Positions 19,490 through 29,186 are shown, counted from the first letter of the stretch. The stretch: DNA of 64,000 nt from Candidatus Saccharimonadota bacterium (GCA_022842995.1 JALHOM010000005.1:6503-70502); one strand, 5' to 3'. Notes: a model not told the origin generated them from the letters alone. Program-made: numbers and translations.

Positions 19490-21064
19490 TTATTTGGCGG
19501 CGGCAATTTTTGATAGTGGCCGGGATGACTTATCGCCGATCAGCCGTTTATAGGCTAATTCAGCGCTGATCAGGCACATAGGCATACCGATACCCGGCAC
19601 GGTCGTTGCTCCTACGTAGAGCAGGTTGGGAATTTTTGGATGCTGATTATTGGGCCTAAAAATGGCGGTTTGCTTGAGCGTATGGGCAAAGCCGAGCGCC
19701 GTGCCTTGGTATGAGTGATAGTCGCTTTCGAATTCTTTGGCCGTGTAGAGTTTTTTGTAAACAATCTTATTCTTAAACCCTGGCATGCGGAGTTGGCGTT
19801 CCATGGTATCGAGGATTTTCTCGGCATAGTCTTGGTAATCTTGTTCGCTAAATTTGAGCGTTGCTGGCAAGGGGACCAGTGCGAAGATATTCTCGTGGCC
19901 TTTCGGGGCGACCGAAGGGTCGGTTTTGTTGGGGTTACAGACGTAAAACGAAGGATCATCGGGTAGTGCCTTCGTGTCGAATATCGCTTTGAAATTTTTG
20001 TTCCAATCTTTTGAAAATACGAGGTTGTGATGCTCGAGTTCTGGATATTCACCTTCAATACCCAAGTACATCAACAAAGCACTGGGCGCCATTGTGCGCT
20101 TGCCCCATGATTTTGCACTAAACTCTCGGTGCCCACTGTCGAGTAGCTGTGTATCGGTAAAGTGTCGGTCGGCGTTACTGATGACAATGTCTGCTTTAAG
20201 TTCTTTGCCTCCCGCTATAACGCCGGTTGCCCGTCCCCCGCTTACCTCTATCGACGAGACAGGAGAACTAAGGTGAATCTTAACCCCACGGTCTTCACAT
20301 AATTTTGCCAGACTTTTTGTGAGCTCGTATATTCCGCCCATAGGGTAGAAAACGCCTTGCTTGAAGTCGACATGAGACATGATGTTGTAGAGTGCTGGGG
20401 TGTTTTTAGGGCTCGCCCCTAAGAAGACGACGTGGTAGAGCAGGATTTTTTGTAATTCTTTTGAAGTGAATTTCTTAGAAACGTATTTTTCTAAATTACT
20501 TAACACGTTAAGCTTTAGGCCTTCGGTCATCATTTGCGGTGTCATAAAGTCACGCACAGAGTCATAGTTTTTGTATAAAAAACGCTCCATGGCAATCTTG
20601 TATTGTTTTGATGAACTGTGGAGGTATTTTTCTAGTTTTTCGACCGCTTGAGGCTCGAGGGCTTCGAGAGTTGGCTTATCTTTAGTCAGGTTACCGTGGA
20701 TTTTAGTAAGGCCAATTAGGGTGTCCTTAAAAACGACCTGATAGCTCGGGTCAAGTCGGATAAGATCAAGATGATCGTTAATGTCTTCGCCAAGTAGCTT
20801 GAAATAATGTTCAAAGACGTCGGGCATGAGATACCAGCTCGGGCCAGTATCGAACCGGAAGGTATCTTTTTTTGGTTTAGCACTTATCGACTGTTCTCGC
20901 CAGATGCCGTTTTTATCTTTGCCGACCTCTATCATCCCTGCGCGGCCACCGATGTGGGCGTTTTTTTCGAAGATTTCAACGTCAAATCCGGCCTCTGCGA
21001 ATAGTGCAGCGCTCGATAGACCGCCGTAGCCTGATCCAATGATGATTACTTTACGCTTCGGCAT
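19490..21064 (-). CDS. crtI: Phytoene desaturase
   Basis: IIGSGYGG dinucleotide fold, FDTGPSWYLMP, YPMGG, VGATTVPGIGMPMCLISA. Confidence 0.9.
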   Translation of the reverse strand: MPKRKVIIIGSGYGGLSSAALFAEAGFDVEIFEKNAHIGGRAGMIEVGKDKNGIWREQSISAKPKKDTFRFDTGPSWYLMPDVFEHYFKLLGEDINDHLDLIRLDPSYQVVFKDTLIGLTKIHGNLTKDKPTLEALEPQAVEKLEKYLHSSSKQYKIAMERFLYKNYDSVRDFMTPQMMTEGLKLNVLSNLEKYVSKKFTSKELQKILLYHVVFLGASPKNTPALYNIMSHVDFKQGVFYPMGGIYELTKSLAKLCEDRGVKIHLSSPVSSIEVSGGRATGVIAGGKELKADIVISNADRHFTDTQLLDSGHREFSAKSWGKRTMAPSALLMYLGIEGEYPELEHHNLVFSKDWNKNFKAIFDTKALPDDPSFYVCNPNKTDPSVAPKGHENIFALVPLPATLKFSEQDYQDYAEKILDTMERQLRMPGFKNKIVYKKLYTAKEFESDYHSYQGTALGFAHTLKQTAIFRPNNQHPKIPNLLYVGATTVPGIGMPMCLISAELAYKRLIGDKSSRPLSKIAAAK

Positions 21065-21130
21065 TGCTCTCCTAGCGGGGTCTGTATTTATTAAATGTAA
21101 AACTTAACGTTGAGCTATATAATACCAGGG

Positions 21131-21442
21131 ATGGACCAGCTGCTCTATGGGATAATCTTGGTATTTTCACTTCTCGGTCTTGGGTTTGCCGATTATAGGC
21201 ACAGGCTAGTCTTTTTTTATCAGCCAAAAACCGCGCTTCGGTTGTATTTATTATTCCTCGGATTTTTCTTGTTATGGGACGTTGCCGGGATCGTGAGCGG
21301 TGTCTTTGCCACTAATCCGGTGTATGTTAGTGGGGTGTACTTTTTTAGCCCAGATATGCCTCTTGAGGAGTTATTGTTTTTGAGTTTGTTTTTTTATAAT
21401 ACGGCTATCGCTTGGAGGCTTGTATGGCGACATATTTCTTAA
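21131..21442 (+). CDS. Heterodimeric lycopene/C50 cyclase subunit (CrtYe/CrtYc-like)
   Basis: FFLLWDVAGI..GVF, MPLEELLFL; ATG 21131 lies 7 nt after TATAAT. Confidence 0.8.
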   Translation: MDQLLYGIILVFSLLGLGFADYRHRLVFFYQPKTALRLYLLFLGFFLLWDVAGIVSGVFATNPVYVSGVYFFSPDMPLEELLFLSLFFYNTAIAWRLVWRHIS

Positions 21443-21720
21443 TCGGCCTACCTTTTATTGCGGCAGTCCTTGTTGTTGATATTTGGATATTAAAAACTCG
21501 GGTCGTAAAAAAGCGCCAAACATGGATGGTGATGCTGGTTTTGATGATCATGACGGCAATCTTTGACCAATATCTAACCGGGCGGCCGATTGTTTTATAT
21601 GACGACTCACTGCGTAGTGGCATAACGATCGGCTATGCGCCAATTGAGGACTTCATGTACACCTTTGCCGCCGTCATTGGGCTTGGTTCGATCATGAAGA
21701 AGTTCGGCATGCTGGAATGA
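21424..21720 (+). CDS. Heterodimeric lycopene/C50 cyclase subunit (CrtYf/CrtYd-like)
   Basis: MTAIFD, SGITIGYAPIEDFMY. Confidence 0.8.
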   Translation: MATYFLIGLPFIAAVLVVDIWILKTRVVKKRQTWMVMLVLMIMTAIFDQYLTGRPIVLYDDSLRSGITIGYAPIEDFMYTFAAVIGLGSIMKKFGMLE

Positions 21721-22589
21721 AGCTCGATATTCGAAGACTGGCGATAGTTAGTCGACCGTTTTGGTGGGTCAATACTGGTGTACCGTTTCTGGCAGGAGCT
21801 TTGCTAGCCGATAATAATCTTAGCCCGGCTCATATTGTCGGGTTTATCTATTTCTTGGTCATCTATAACCTGCTTATGTATGGGGTGAATGACATTTACG
21901 ACTATGAGTCGGATATTAAAAATCCGCGGAAAAACGGCTCGATAGACGGCTCGGTTCTTGATAAAAAATTACATTCCAGGCTCTGGGTAATCATGCTGGC
22001 CCTCAATGTTACCTTTTTAGCCTATTTTGTCTGGATAGGCAGCGCGGTATCCTCGTTATTTTTGCTTGCCATGGTTTTCTTGGTGTTTGCTTATAGCGTT
22101 AAGGGGCTTCGCTTTAAAGAGCGACCAGTTCTTGATTCGCTGACCTCGGCTTTTCATTACGCGTCGCCGTTTTTGTTTGGACTTTTACTACTGGGTGAAA
22201 TTGGCGAGTGGTGGGGCGTATTTATCGGGTTTTATCTCTGGGTATGTGGGAATCATGCTTTTGGTGCCATCCAGGACATTGTGCCGGATAAAAAAGCCGG
22301 GATTTCGTCTATCGCCACCAAACTTGGCCCTCAGGCGACACTATTTTTTGTGATTAGCATGTATGTATTTGCTGCGGCAAGTTTTCCGGTAGTTTATGGA
22401 GCGGTTGGCTTGCTGGGCAGTATTGCCGTAGCGCCGTATCTTTTGTTTGCTCTGAAATGTCTGCCAGATAGAAATCGGAGTATTTCACCGCGTTTTCGCC
22501 GGTATTGGCGGTACTTTTTATATGCCAATTACGCCGTTGGGGCGCTTGGAACAATGACAGTTGCCCTGTATTTAGCTATAATTAGATAA
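21717..22589 (+). CDS. UbiA-family prenyltransferase, lycopene elongase (CrtEb-like)
   Basis: SRPFWWVNT, NLLMYGVNDIYDYESD..NPRK, LRFKERP.LDS, HAFGAIQDI..D..AGISSIAT. Confidence 0.85.
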   Translation: MKLDIRRLAIVSRPFWWVNTGVPFLAGALLADNNLSPAHIVGFIYFLVIYNLLMYGVNDIYDYESDIKNPRKNGSIDGSVLDKKLHSRLWVIMLALNVTFLAYFVWIGSAVSSLFLLAMVFLVFAYSVKGLRFKERPVLDSLTSAFHYASPFLFGLLLLGEIGEWWGVFIGFYLWVCGNHAFGAIQDIVPDKKAGISSIATKLGPQATLFFVISMYVFAAASFPVVYGAVGLLGSIAVAPYLLFALKCLPDRNRSISPRFRRYWRYFLYANYAVGALGTMTVALYLAIIR

Positions 22590-22594
22590 TATTC

Positions 22595-23563
22595 ATGAAA
22601 AATGTTCTTGTAAGTTTACCAAAGCCATTTATGGTTTTGGCGCCGATGGATGATGTCACCGAGACGGTTTTTCGCCGTGTCGTTCAGGCCTGCGCGCCAG
22701 CCGATTTGATGTTTACGGAGTTTGTTAATGTCGACGCGCTCTGTTCGGCTGGTCGGACGGCGGCTTTAAGACGCCTGAGATTTGAAACCGCCGAAAATCC
22801 CCTGATTGCTCAAATTTGGGGAAAAACTCCAGAAAATTTTTACACCGTAGCTAATGAGCTGGTAGATATGGGCTTTGACGGGGTTGATATAAATATGGGT
22901 TGCCCTGATAAATCGGTGGTAAAAAACGCCGCGGGAGGTGGCATGATTAAATATCCCGATCAAGCGCTAGAGGTAATACGTGCCACACGCGACGGTTTGG
23001 CTGGTCGGTTGCCGCTGAGCGTTAAGACGCGGATTGGCTTTAACGAATATGACGAAGCTTGGCTCGGGGCAATTTTGAATGAAAAACTTAACATGTTAAG
23101 TATTCATCTTCGAACAGTGAAAGAGATGTCTAAAGTTCCTGCACACTGGGAATGGGCTGGCCGCGTTCGCACTTTACGCGATGAGTTGTCCCCCGACACC
23201 TTACTGGTTGGTAACGGTGATGTGACGAGTTATGCAGAGGCGCAAAAACTAGCGCTGAAATACGGATATGATGGAGTGATGATCGGTCGTGGGGTGTTTT
23301 ATGACCCTTTTGTGTTTGCCAAAGAGTCACCATGGCCTACGCTGAGCGCCCGCGACAAAGTTCTGATTTTTAAAAAGCATGTTCGCCTGTTTCGGGAAAC
23401 GTGGCAAGACGGTGAGCGTCCAATCGCCCCGCTCAACAAATTCTGCAAGATCTATGTCAATGATTTTCCGAGCGCCAAAGATTATCGAGTTCGACTGATG
23501 TCATGCGGTTCAGCTATGGAACTCGAGACCACCATCGACCAGATACTAAAAGAGCTGGCTTAA
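22595..23563 (+). CDS. dus: tRNA-dihydrouridine synthase
   Basis: LAPMDDVT, DINMGCP, SVKTRIG, IHLRT, GNGDV, GVMIGRG. Confidence 0.92.
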   Translation: MKNVLVSLPKPFMVLAPMDDVTETVFRRVVQACAPADLMFTEFVNVDALCSAGRTAALRRLRFETAENPLIAQIWGKTPENFYTVANELVDMGFDGVDINMGCPDKSVVKNAAGGGMIKYPDQALEVIRATRDGLAGRLPLSVKTRIGFNEYDEAWLGAILNEKLNMLSIHLRTVKEMSKVPAHWEWAGRVRTLRDELSPDTLLVGNGDVTSYAEAQKLALKYGYDGVMIGRGVFYDPFVFAKESPWPTLSARDKVLIFKKHVRLFRETWQDGERPIAPLNKFCKIYVNDFPSAKDYRVRLMSCGSAMELETTIDQILKELA

Positions 23564-23607
23564 TTAAGTTTTTTGAAAGCTCGGTATCGATTTATTTCCG
23601 AGGTTTT

Positions 23608-23949
23608 TTAAGAGTACTTATTGCCCCAGGTGGCCATTTGTATGAGGATGGTCCGCAAGTCCGCACCTTTTTTGGTGAGGTTGTATTTGTAGCGCGGTGG
23701 ATGTTCGCAGTAGCATTTTTTCGAAATAATGCCTTGATCTTCGAGGCCACTGAGCCGAGCACTCAGTGTGCGAGGACTGATACCGGGCAGAGACGAGGCA
23801 AGTTCGCTGAAAGTTTTGGAGTCTTCGACCAGTTGCCCAAGAAGCAGTGGAGACCACTTGTCGCCAAGGATTGCCAGGGCCGCTTGAATACAGCCTGGTT
23901 TGGCTTCTACCTTAGGGCACATGGTTTTTGCGTCGGTTGATGTATTCAT
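23608..23949 (-). CDS. HxlR-family winged-helix transcriptional regulator
   Basis: CI..AL.ILGDKWS, ISPRTLSARL, PPRYKYNLT.KG. Confidence 0.88.
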   Translation of the reverse strand: MNTSTDAKTMCPKVEAKPGCIQAALAILGDKWSPLLLGQLVEDSKTFSELASSLPGISPRTLSARLSGLEDQGIISKKCYCEHPPRYKYNLTKKGADLRTILIQMATWGNKYS

Positions 23950-24055
23950 AGTTATTCCTATTTTATCACAAAAATGCAAGTCACTTTACATTTTATAGCA
24001 AGTAACTATATAATGTATATACACTAACCATGAAACAGATAAAGAAAGGGATATA

Positions 24056-24622
24056 ATGAGTTTAAGAATTGGAATTATTGTTGGTAGTACTCGTCCGGGA
24101 CGCGCTGGAAAAGACGTTGCCGAATGGTATCACGCTAAAGTTACAGAAACACCAGATGTGGAATATGAAATTGTCGATTTAGCAGAATTCGGATTGCCAC
24201 TTCTTGATGAGGCTATGCCGGCAGCCATGGGACAGTATCAGAACGAGCACACCAAGGCTTGGGCAGAGAAAATTGCTAGTTTTGACGGCTATGTATGGGT
24301 TACGCCGGAATACAATCACTCGGCACCTGCTAGTTTAACGAACGCCATATCATTTATTTTTAATGAATGGGGTCGAAAGCCGGTTGCTATGGTGAGCTAC
24401 GGCAGTATGGGTGGAGTCCGAGCTGCTGAACACCTGCGCGCTATCGCTGGCGAGTTAGAGATGGCCGACATCCGACTTCAGGTTGCAATCCGCAGCCCAT
24501 GGGCGATGAAAGACGAGAACGGCAATATCATTGAAGATCTTGTTTCTGGAAACCCCAACGATCAGATGCAGCAGTTAGTTTGGTGGGCACAGGCGCTCAA
24601 AACTGCCCGAGAAAACGCTTAA
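24056..24622 (+). CDS. NADPH-dependent FMN reductase
   Basis: IVGSTRPGR, VTPEYNHS, EWGRKP, SYG..GGVRA; divergent from the HxlR gene. Confidence 0.92.
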   Translation: MSLRIGIIVGSTRPGRAGKDVAEWYHAKVTETPDVEYEIVDLAEFGLPLLDEAMPAAMGQYQNEHTKAWAEKIASFDGYVWVTPEYNHSAPASLTNAISFIFNEWGRKPVAMVSYGSMGGVRAAEHLRAIAGELEMADIRLQVAIRSPWAMKDENGNIIEDLVSGNPNDQMQQLVWWAQALKTARENA

Positions 24623-24624
24623 AT

Positions 24625-25629
24625 CTAGCTATAGTAAATCTTCATCAAGGCTCTGGCGACCGCATCGGCATCGTGACGAATAAGCGACCGTATGTGTGAT
24701 AGAGGGTCGTCAGGGCCAACGATCGTTTTTTTGTGAGATAAGAATTTTCCGCCAATCGGCTCGTAAGACGCTCCGATAAGATTTTGTAAATCAACTTCTA
24801 CGGGAAATTCTTCTTTTGCATAATATTGATCAAGGGTAGTTTGATCTGGTTGATCGGTGTTGTATAAAACTGCGTCTATGACGCCCGATCCAGCATATCT
24901 CTCGAGTTCCCTGACGTAATCACTCACCCCATAGCCTTTGGTTTCGTTAGGTTTGTTAACAAGGTTAGCGACGTAGACAACTTTTGCACTACTGTTTTGA
25001 AGGGCTTCGGGCACCCCGTCGACTAAAAGTAGCGGAATTAAAGACGTATAGAGACTGCCGGGAGCGATAACGATCATGTCGGCGCCCAGAATCTCGTCTT
25101 TTGCTTCTTTGTTGACGGTGGCTGGCTGTTCGTAGGACAGTTTTGGATTTTTGTCGGCTGAAATATCGGCCAGTTCTATCTGGTGCTCACCGTTAATGGT
25201 ATTGCCGTGTTGGTCGGTATAGACCAGGCGGCAATCGTCGAGCGTTATGGGCAGAACTCGGCCTTTGATACGCAGAACTTCGCCAGCCACCTTGATAGCT
25301 TCGGCAAAGTCATTGCTCTGCATTTCGATAGCGCTTAAAAATAGGTTGCCAAAGGTGTGTCCAGCCAGAGAACCATCTCCGGGAAAGCGGAAATTGAACA
25401 GTTCGCGTAGATGAGGTGAATCGCTCAGAGCCACCAGGCACTGTCGAATATCTCCGGGTGGCAGAACGCCGAGTTCATCGCGTAGTAGCCCCGTGGAGCC
25501 TCCGTCATCAGCCATACTGACGAGCGCGGTGATGTTTTGAACGTAATATTTTAAGGCTGATAAAACAGTAAAGCTACCGGTCCCGCCACCGATGACCACA
25601 AATTTAGGGGTTTTAAATGATGATTCCAT
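24625..25629 (-). CDS. yvcK: YvcK/GlmR (UPF0052) UDP-GlcNAc-binding protein
   Basis: VIGGGTG, DDGGSTGLLRDE.G.LPPGDIRQCL, PGSLYTS. Confidence 0.9.
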   Translation of the reverse strand: MESSFKTPKFVVIGGGTGSFTVLSALKYYVQNITALVSMADDGGSTGLLRDELGVLPPGDIRQCLVALSDSPHLRELFNFRFPGDGSLAGHTFGNLFLSAIEMQSNDFAEAIKVAGEVLRIKGRVLPITLDDCRLVYTDQHGNTINGEHQIELADISADKNPKLSYEQPATVNKEAKDEILGADMIVIAPGSLYTSLIPLLLVDGVPEALQNSSAKVVYVANLVNKPNETKGYGVSDYVRELERYAGSGVIDAVLYNTDQPDQTTLDQYYAKEEFPVEVDLQNLIGASYEPIGGKFLSHKKTIVGPDDPLSHIRSLIRHDADAVARALMKIYYS

Positions 25630-25749
25630 AACATTTAATTGTACTCCTTCGTGTCAAGAGAAGGATGGATCTGAGTCACTTTGACGGTAGAAAACTTGAT
25701 TTTAGTGGTATAATATAGACTAATTATTAAAAAAGACACCGAAAAATCA

Positions 25750-27360
25750 ATGGATAAAGATCCTGCCGGGCAAAATGCCGATCCAAGACCTACAGATCCT
25801 CTACAGGCGGAGGATAAACCCTTTGGGTTTTTGAGACGCGCTGGAGTCATTTCTGGCATGGGATTGGCTGTGCTTGGGGCAGCGCCGAATTTGGTCGGAA
25901 CTGTTGGCGGTGAGGCTGGGAATGCGGTCGCTGAAGCCAGCGCTAACCCAGGTCAAGAGCATCGCGCAGGCGCCAAGCAGAACGTGGTCGTTACCGCTCC
26001 GAGTCTTAGGCAGGTTGCTGGTGAATACCCTGAGCTTTCAAAAGTTAGAAAAAACATCCGATCTTACAATGTTTTGCCCAAAAACAAGGAAAAGCGAATT
26101 GTTTTTGGCGGCGCGCTTGATCCTTCTCAAGTTAAAATCATCGGCGCACCCGCAAAAGAGGGCTACGTCGCAACAGATCAGGTGAATCGATATGCCGTTT
26201 TGTGGCAATACAAAATCGATCGAACCACAGGTAAAGAGGTAGCGATTTATAAGGCAGAAAAATTAGGTCAAAATAAGCTCAAGCTTAAAAAAGGCCAAAG
26301 ATTATTTGCCGTACGCGTATTAGAAGAGCCTGCCAAGACCGAAGCTCCAACAGGTTTGCCCGAAAACCCATCGGTAGTGTCGACTGAACCACTGCCACAA
26401 CCTCAGCCGAACCAAAATCCACCTACGCAGAATGAAATACACAATGAAACTCCAGCGCCTGAGCTTTCAAACGAGCAATTTGAAGCAAAAGAGACCCAAA
26501 AGTTCCTCGAAGAAAAAACGGTAAATCTGGAAGTAGTTAATGCCAGTGGAACGCGCCTTGGGGCCGATGCCGTCGCAACGTCCGCACATGTTTTTTATAT
26601 TCCGAAAACCGGACAGCAACAGGTTTTGGTAGAACGATATGTCGCAGACGGCAAGCACTACATGGTATTCATGCGTCCAGCGGTTGTAAGTGGCGGGACA
26701 AGTAGAGATAATTTTGAGACTTTAGGCGAAATTAAATCGGTTGCCCTGCCATTATCCGATGAAGATACGGCGTTTGTTTCCATGAATCCCGATAGGTCTG
26801 CTGTTGATATTGCCGAGGCTTATAATCGAGAAATTAAGGATAATTTGACTCAACTTCAACCGGGCGAAAAAGTCTATGCGGCTGGCTGGCCATTGAACAT
26901 TTCTGCCGGTCGAGGTACTGAGAATCTACAGCGGTGGCAAGGTGAAGTACTAGATAGGACGGCCGTAATAAGTATGGGTCCGTTGCCGAACACGCAGAGA
27001 CTATCGACGACGCTAGTTGCGTTTAAAAATAGTCAAGAGGGCTTTGCGCCAGAAGTTTGGTCTAGTGGTATGCAGCTATTTACGACTCGGGTTGAAGGCA
27101 CAGGCAGTAATCGGCGTCTAGTAACGAGAGAAATCGGAACCTATTCGGCTAAAATTGCCCTAAATCCAAGCTATAACCAAGAATTTGTAACCCGCTATGG
27201 CTTGAAACTAGACATTCTCAACAGTAACTCTACACTTGGTTTTGTTGCTCGCCCCGATGCAGCTGCTGGAAACGAAGGTCCGAGATACATGGAATATTTT
27301 GTCGTTGGGCTTGGTGATCTTCCGGCTGGTGCCACTCTTTTGACCACTCAACGACAGTAA
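25750..27360 (+). CDS. Membrane-anchored protein with a putative divergent trypsin-like (S1) protease domain
   Basis: N-terminal hydrophobic helix, Pro-rich linker, then SGTRL...ATSAHV, DTAFV, GEKVYAAGWP, WSSG in trypsin-like order. Confidence 0.55.
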   Translation: MDKDPAGQNADPRPTDPLQAEDKPFGFLRRAGVISGMGLAVLGAAPNLVGTVGGEAGNAVAEASANPGQEHRAGAKQNVVVTAPSLRQVAGEYPELSKVRKNIRSYNVLPKNKEKRIVFGGALDPSQVKIIGAPAKEGYVATDQVNRYAVLWQYKIDRTTGKEVAIYKAEKLGQNKLKLKKGQRLFAVRVLEEPAKTEAPTGLPENPSVVSTEPLPQPQPNQNPPTQNEIHNETPAPELSNEQFEAKETQKFLEEKTVNLEVVNASGTRLGADAVATSAHVFYIPKTGQQQVLVERYVADGKHYMVFMRPAVVSGGTSRDNFETLGEIKSVALPLSDEDTAFVSMNPDRSAVDIAEAYNREIKDNLTQLQPGEKVYAAGWPLNISAGRGTENLQRWQGEVLDRTAVISMGPLPNTQRLSTTLVAFKNSQEGFAPEVWSSGMQLFTTRVEGTGSNRRLVTREIGTYSAKIALNPSYNQEFVTRYGLKLDILNSNSTLGFVARPDAAAGNEGPRYMEYFVVGLGDLPAGATLLTTQRQ

Positions 27361-27424
27361 AATTCGTTCGTTGACGTTATTTTAACTCAATAGTTTTTAC
27401 TGTGATTATTGAACTACGAATAAA

Positions 27425-27778
27425 TGGTGGGGGCGGCTGGACTTGAACCAGCGACCAATCGGTTATGCGTACCACTACAGCTTTCGCTGCCTTTTTCAAG
27501 TTTGCTGGTCTGGACTGTCTCTTCATCCGCTATGTATAACGGAGCCTGCCATTCAGTCTCTACACCTTCCCGTGTTTTTTACGCGACGGGCTTGGCTCGG
27601 GATTACCATATTAAAGGCTTCCCCGAATTTGACAGGATATACTTACTAGTTACCCGGTAAGCAGCCCTTTTTTATGCGACATGTCTAAGGCTGAAATCTG
27701 ATAATAAAATCAGTGCAGAATTTAGATTTAGTTACATGTAAATTGAGCCGACTGCTCTAACCACTGAGCTACGCCCCC
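27425..27778 (-). tRNA. tRNA-Ile2 (CAU), intron-containing; exons 27746-27778 and 27425-27467
   Basis: Spliced 76-mer GGGGGCGTAGCTCAGTGGTTAGAGCAGTCGGCT^CATAACCGATTGGTCGCTGGTTCAAGTCCAGCCGCCCCCACCA folds into a full cloverleaf; G1-C72 pair excludes an initiator; D and T arms resemble E. coli ileX. Confidence 0.88.
27468..27745 (-). ncRNA. Group I self-splicing intron (IC3-like), 278 nt, no ORF
   Basis: Follows U33 and ends in G; core elements AAATTCGGGGAA (P), AATCCCGAGCC (Q), GTAGAGACTGAATGG (R), GAAGAGACAGTCC (S); IGS GGCTG pairs with exon CGGCU. Confidence 0.92.
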
Positions 27779-27842
27779 GTGTGGTTAACAGATAGAGTAT
27801 ACCAGAAAAAGAGCTCACAGTGGTATACTATATTTTGTAAAA

Positions 27843-28277
27843 ATGTTCAAAAATAAAGATCAGATCCTGGAAAAGTTTAAGCTACTGACCGATGTGCGAA
27901 ATCTCGGTTTAATTACATTTGGCGTGGTTGCGCTTTTGGTAACATGGAGTGGCGTTAAAGTAGTCCAGACCAATTATGAGCTCGATAAAAAAATTGCCAT
28001 TGCACGGCAAAAAAACGAAGTTTCGCGACTCGAAAACGAGAACCTGAAGTTAAAAAACAAATACTACGAGTCCAATCAGTACCTTGAATTAGCGGCTCGA
28101 CGACAGTTTGGTAAAGCTGCCGATGGTGAAAAACTGTACATCATCCCCGAGGAGGTTGCGCTACGTTACACGAAAGATCGTCCGGTTCAGCAAGGTCAGG
28201 CCGAACCTTTCGAGGAAAAGAAGAGTTCATTTCAGGCAAATCTTGATGCCTGGCATGAGTTTTTGTTTCGGAAATAA
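27843..28277 (+). CDS. Septum formation initiator (FtsB/DivIC-like)
   Basis: TM helix, coiled coil, YLELAARRQFGKA.DGEK. Confidence 0.75.
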   Translation: MFKNKDQILEKFKLLTDVRNLGLITFGVVALLVTWSGVKVVQTNYELDKKIAIARQKNEVSRLENENLKLKNKYYESNQYLELAARRQFGKAADGEKLYIIPEEVALRYTKDRPVQQGQAEPFEEKKSSFQANLDAWHEFLFRK

Positions 28278-28385
28278 TCTCTTTAATCTAGGCTAGAAAC
28301 TACTGTAAATGTGCTTCACAGTGCATTTTAAGTTTGGGGCGGTATTGTTGTATCCAGACTGAACAATAAAACTCAGTCGGAAAGG

Positions 28386-28955
28386 ATGTGCATATTGAAA
28401 TATAGTAAACAAATGTTAACAGCGGCCGTTTTGTCGGCAGCGGTTGTTGGTGGAGGTGCTTTTGCTATCAACGCTTCAGCAGAGTCTAGCTCCAGTTCAG
28501 ACCGGGTCGACAGTTTGGCGAGTAAAATAGCCGAGAAGTTTAACGTCAATAAAGACGAGGTTAAACAAATTATCGATGCCGACCGTGAAGAGCATATGGC
28601 CGAGCGGCGCGCAGAAAGACAAACTCGTCTAGAAGAACGCTTGTCGACTGCCGTAACGAACGGCAAGATCACCGAAGAGCAGAAGACCAAGATTCTCGAG
28701 TACGTCAAAAGTCAGCAAACATTCTTTGATAGCTTGAAGGATATGACCGAAGACGAACGAAAGGCCGCAATGCAGAAGCACCGAGACGAAGTCAAGAAAT
28801 GGGCTTCAGATAACGGTATTGACGAGAAATATGTACTTATGGGCGGTGGTCCTGGCGGACATCGCGGTGGCCACGGTGGCCCACGTGGCGACATGAATAT
28901 GGACGACAATAATAATGATCAAACAACAGATTCAAAGGAGGATTCATCGACGTAA
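28386..28955 (+). CDS. Secreted helical hypothetical protein with Gly/His-rich tail
   Basis: Signal peptide, AV..GKITEEQK, GGPGGHRGGHGG; start uncertain. Confidence 0.7.
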   Translation: MCILKYSKQMLTAAVLSAAVVGGGAFAINASAESSSSSDRVDSLASKIAEKFNVNKDEVKQIIDADREEHMAERRAERQTRLEERLSTAVTNGKITEEQKTKILEYVKSQQTFFDSLKDMTEDERKAAMQKHRDEVKKWASDNGIDEKYVLMGGGPGGHRGGHGGPRGDMNMDDNNNDQTTDSKEDSST

Positions 28956-28971
28956 AGATAGTAAAAAACTA

Positions 28972-29086
28972 ACTGTCGCCCTGCCCCCTAAGGAGCGACA
29001 GTCATAAGTAGCCTCTAAACTATACCTTACTACTATCCCGGTAAACTACCTATCGTTACTATAGCGATGGGGCAGACCGGGATAGT
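28972..29086. terminator. Two hairpins between convergent genes
   Basis: ACTGTCGC/GCGACAGT (28972-29002) and ACTATCCCGGT/ACCGGGATAGT (29032-29086). Confidence 0.55.
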
Positions 29087-29186
29087 TTAATGTTTGAAAA
29101 TAGCTCTATAGTCCAAAAAGCCGAGGGTTTATGGTAGTAATGTTAATCTGATTAGTGCTGTACGGGCAGGCACTTGTTAACAAGTT

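Noticed and set aside
27424..27660. Plus-strand ORFs 27424-27660 and 27443-27649
   Set aside because: They are antisense readings of the tRNA exon and intron core; no homing endonuclease motif
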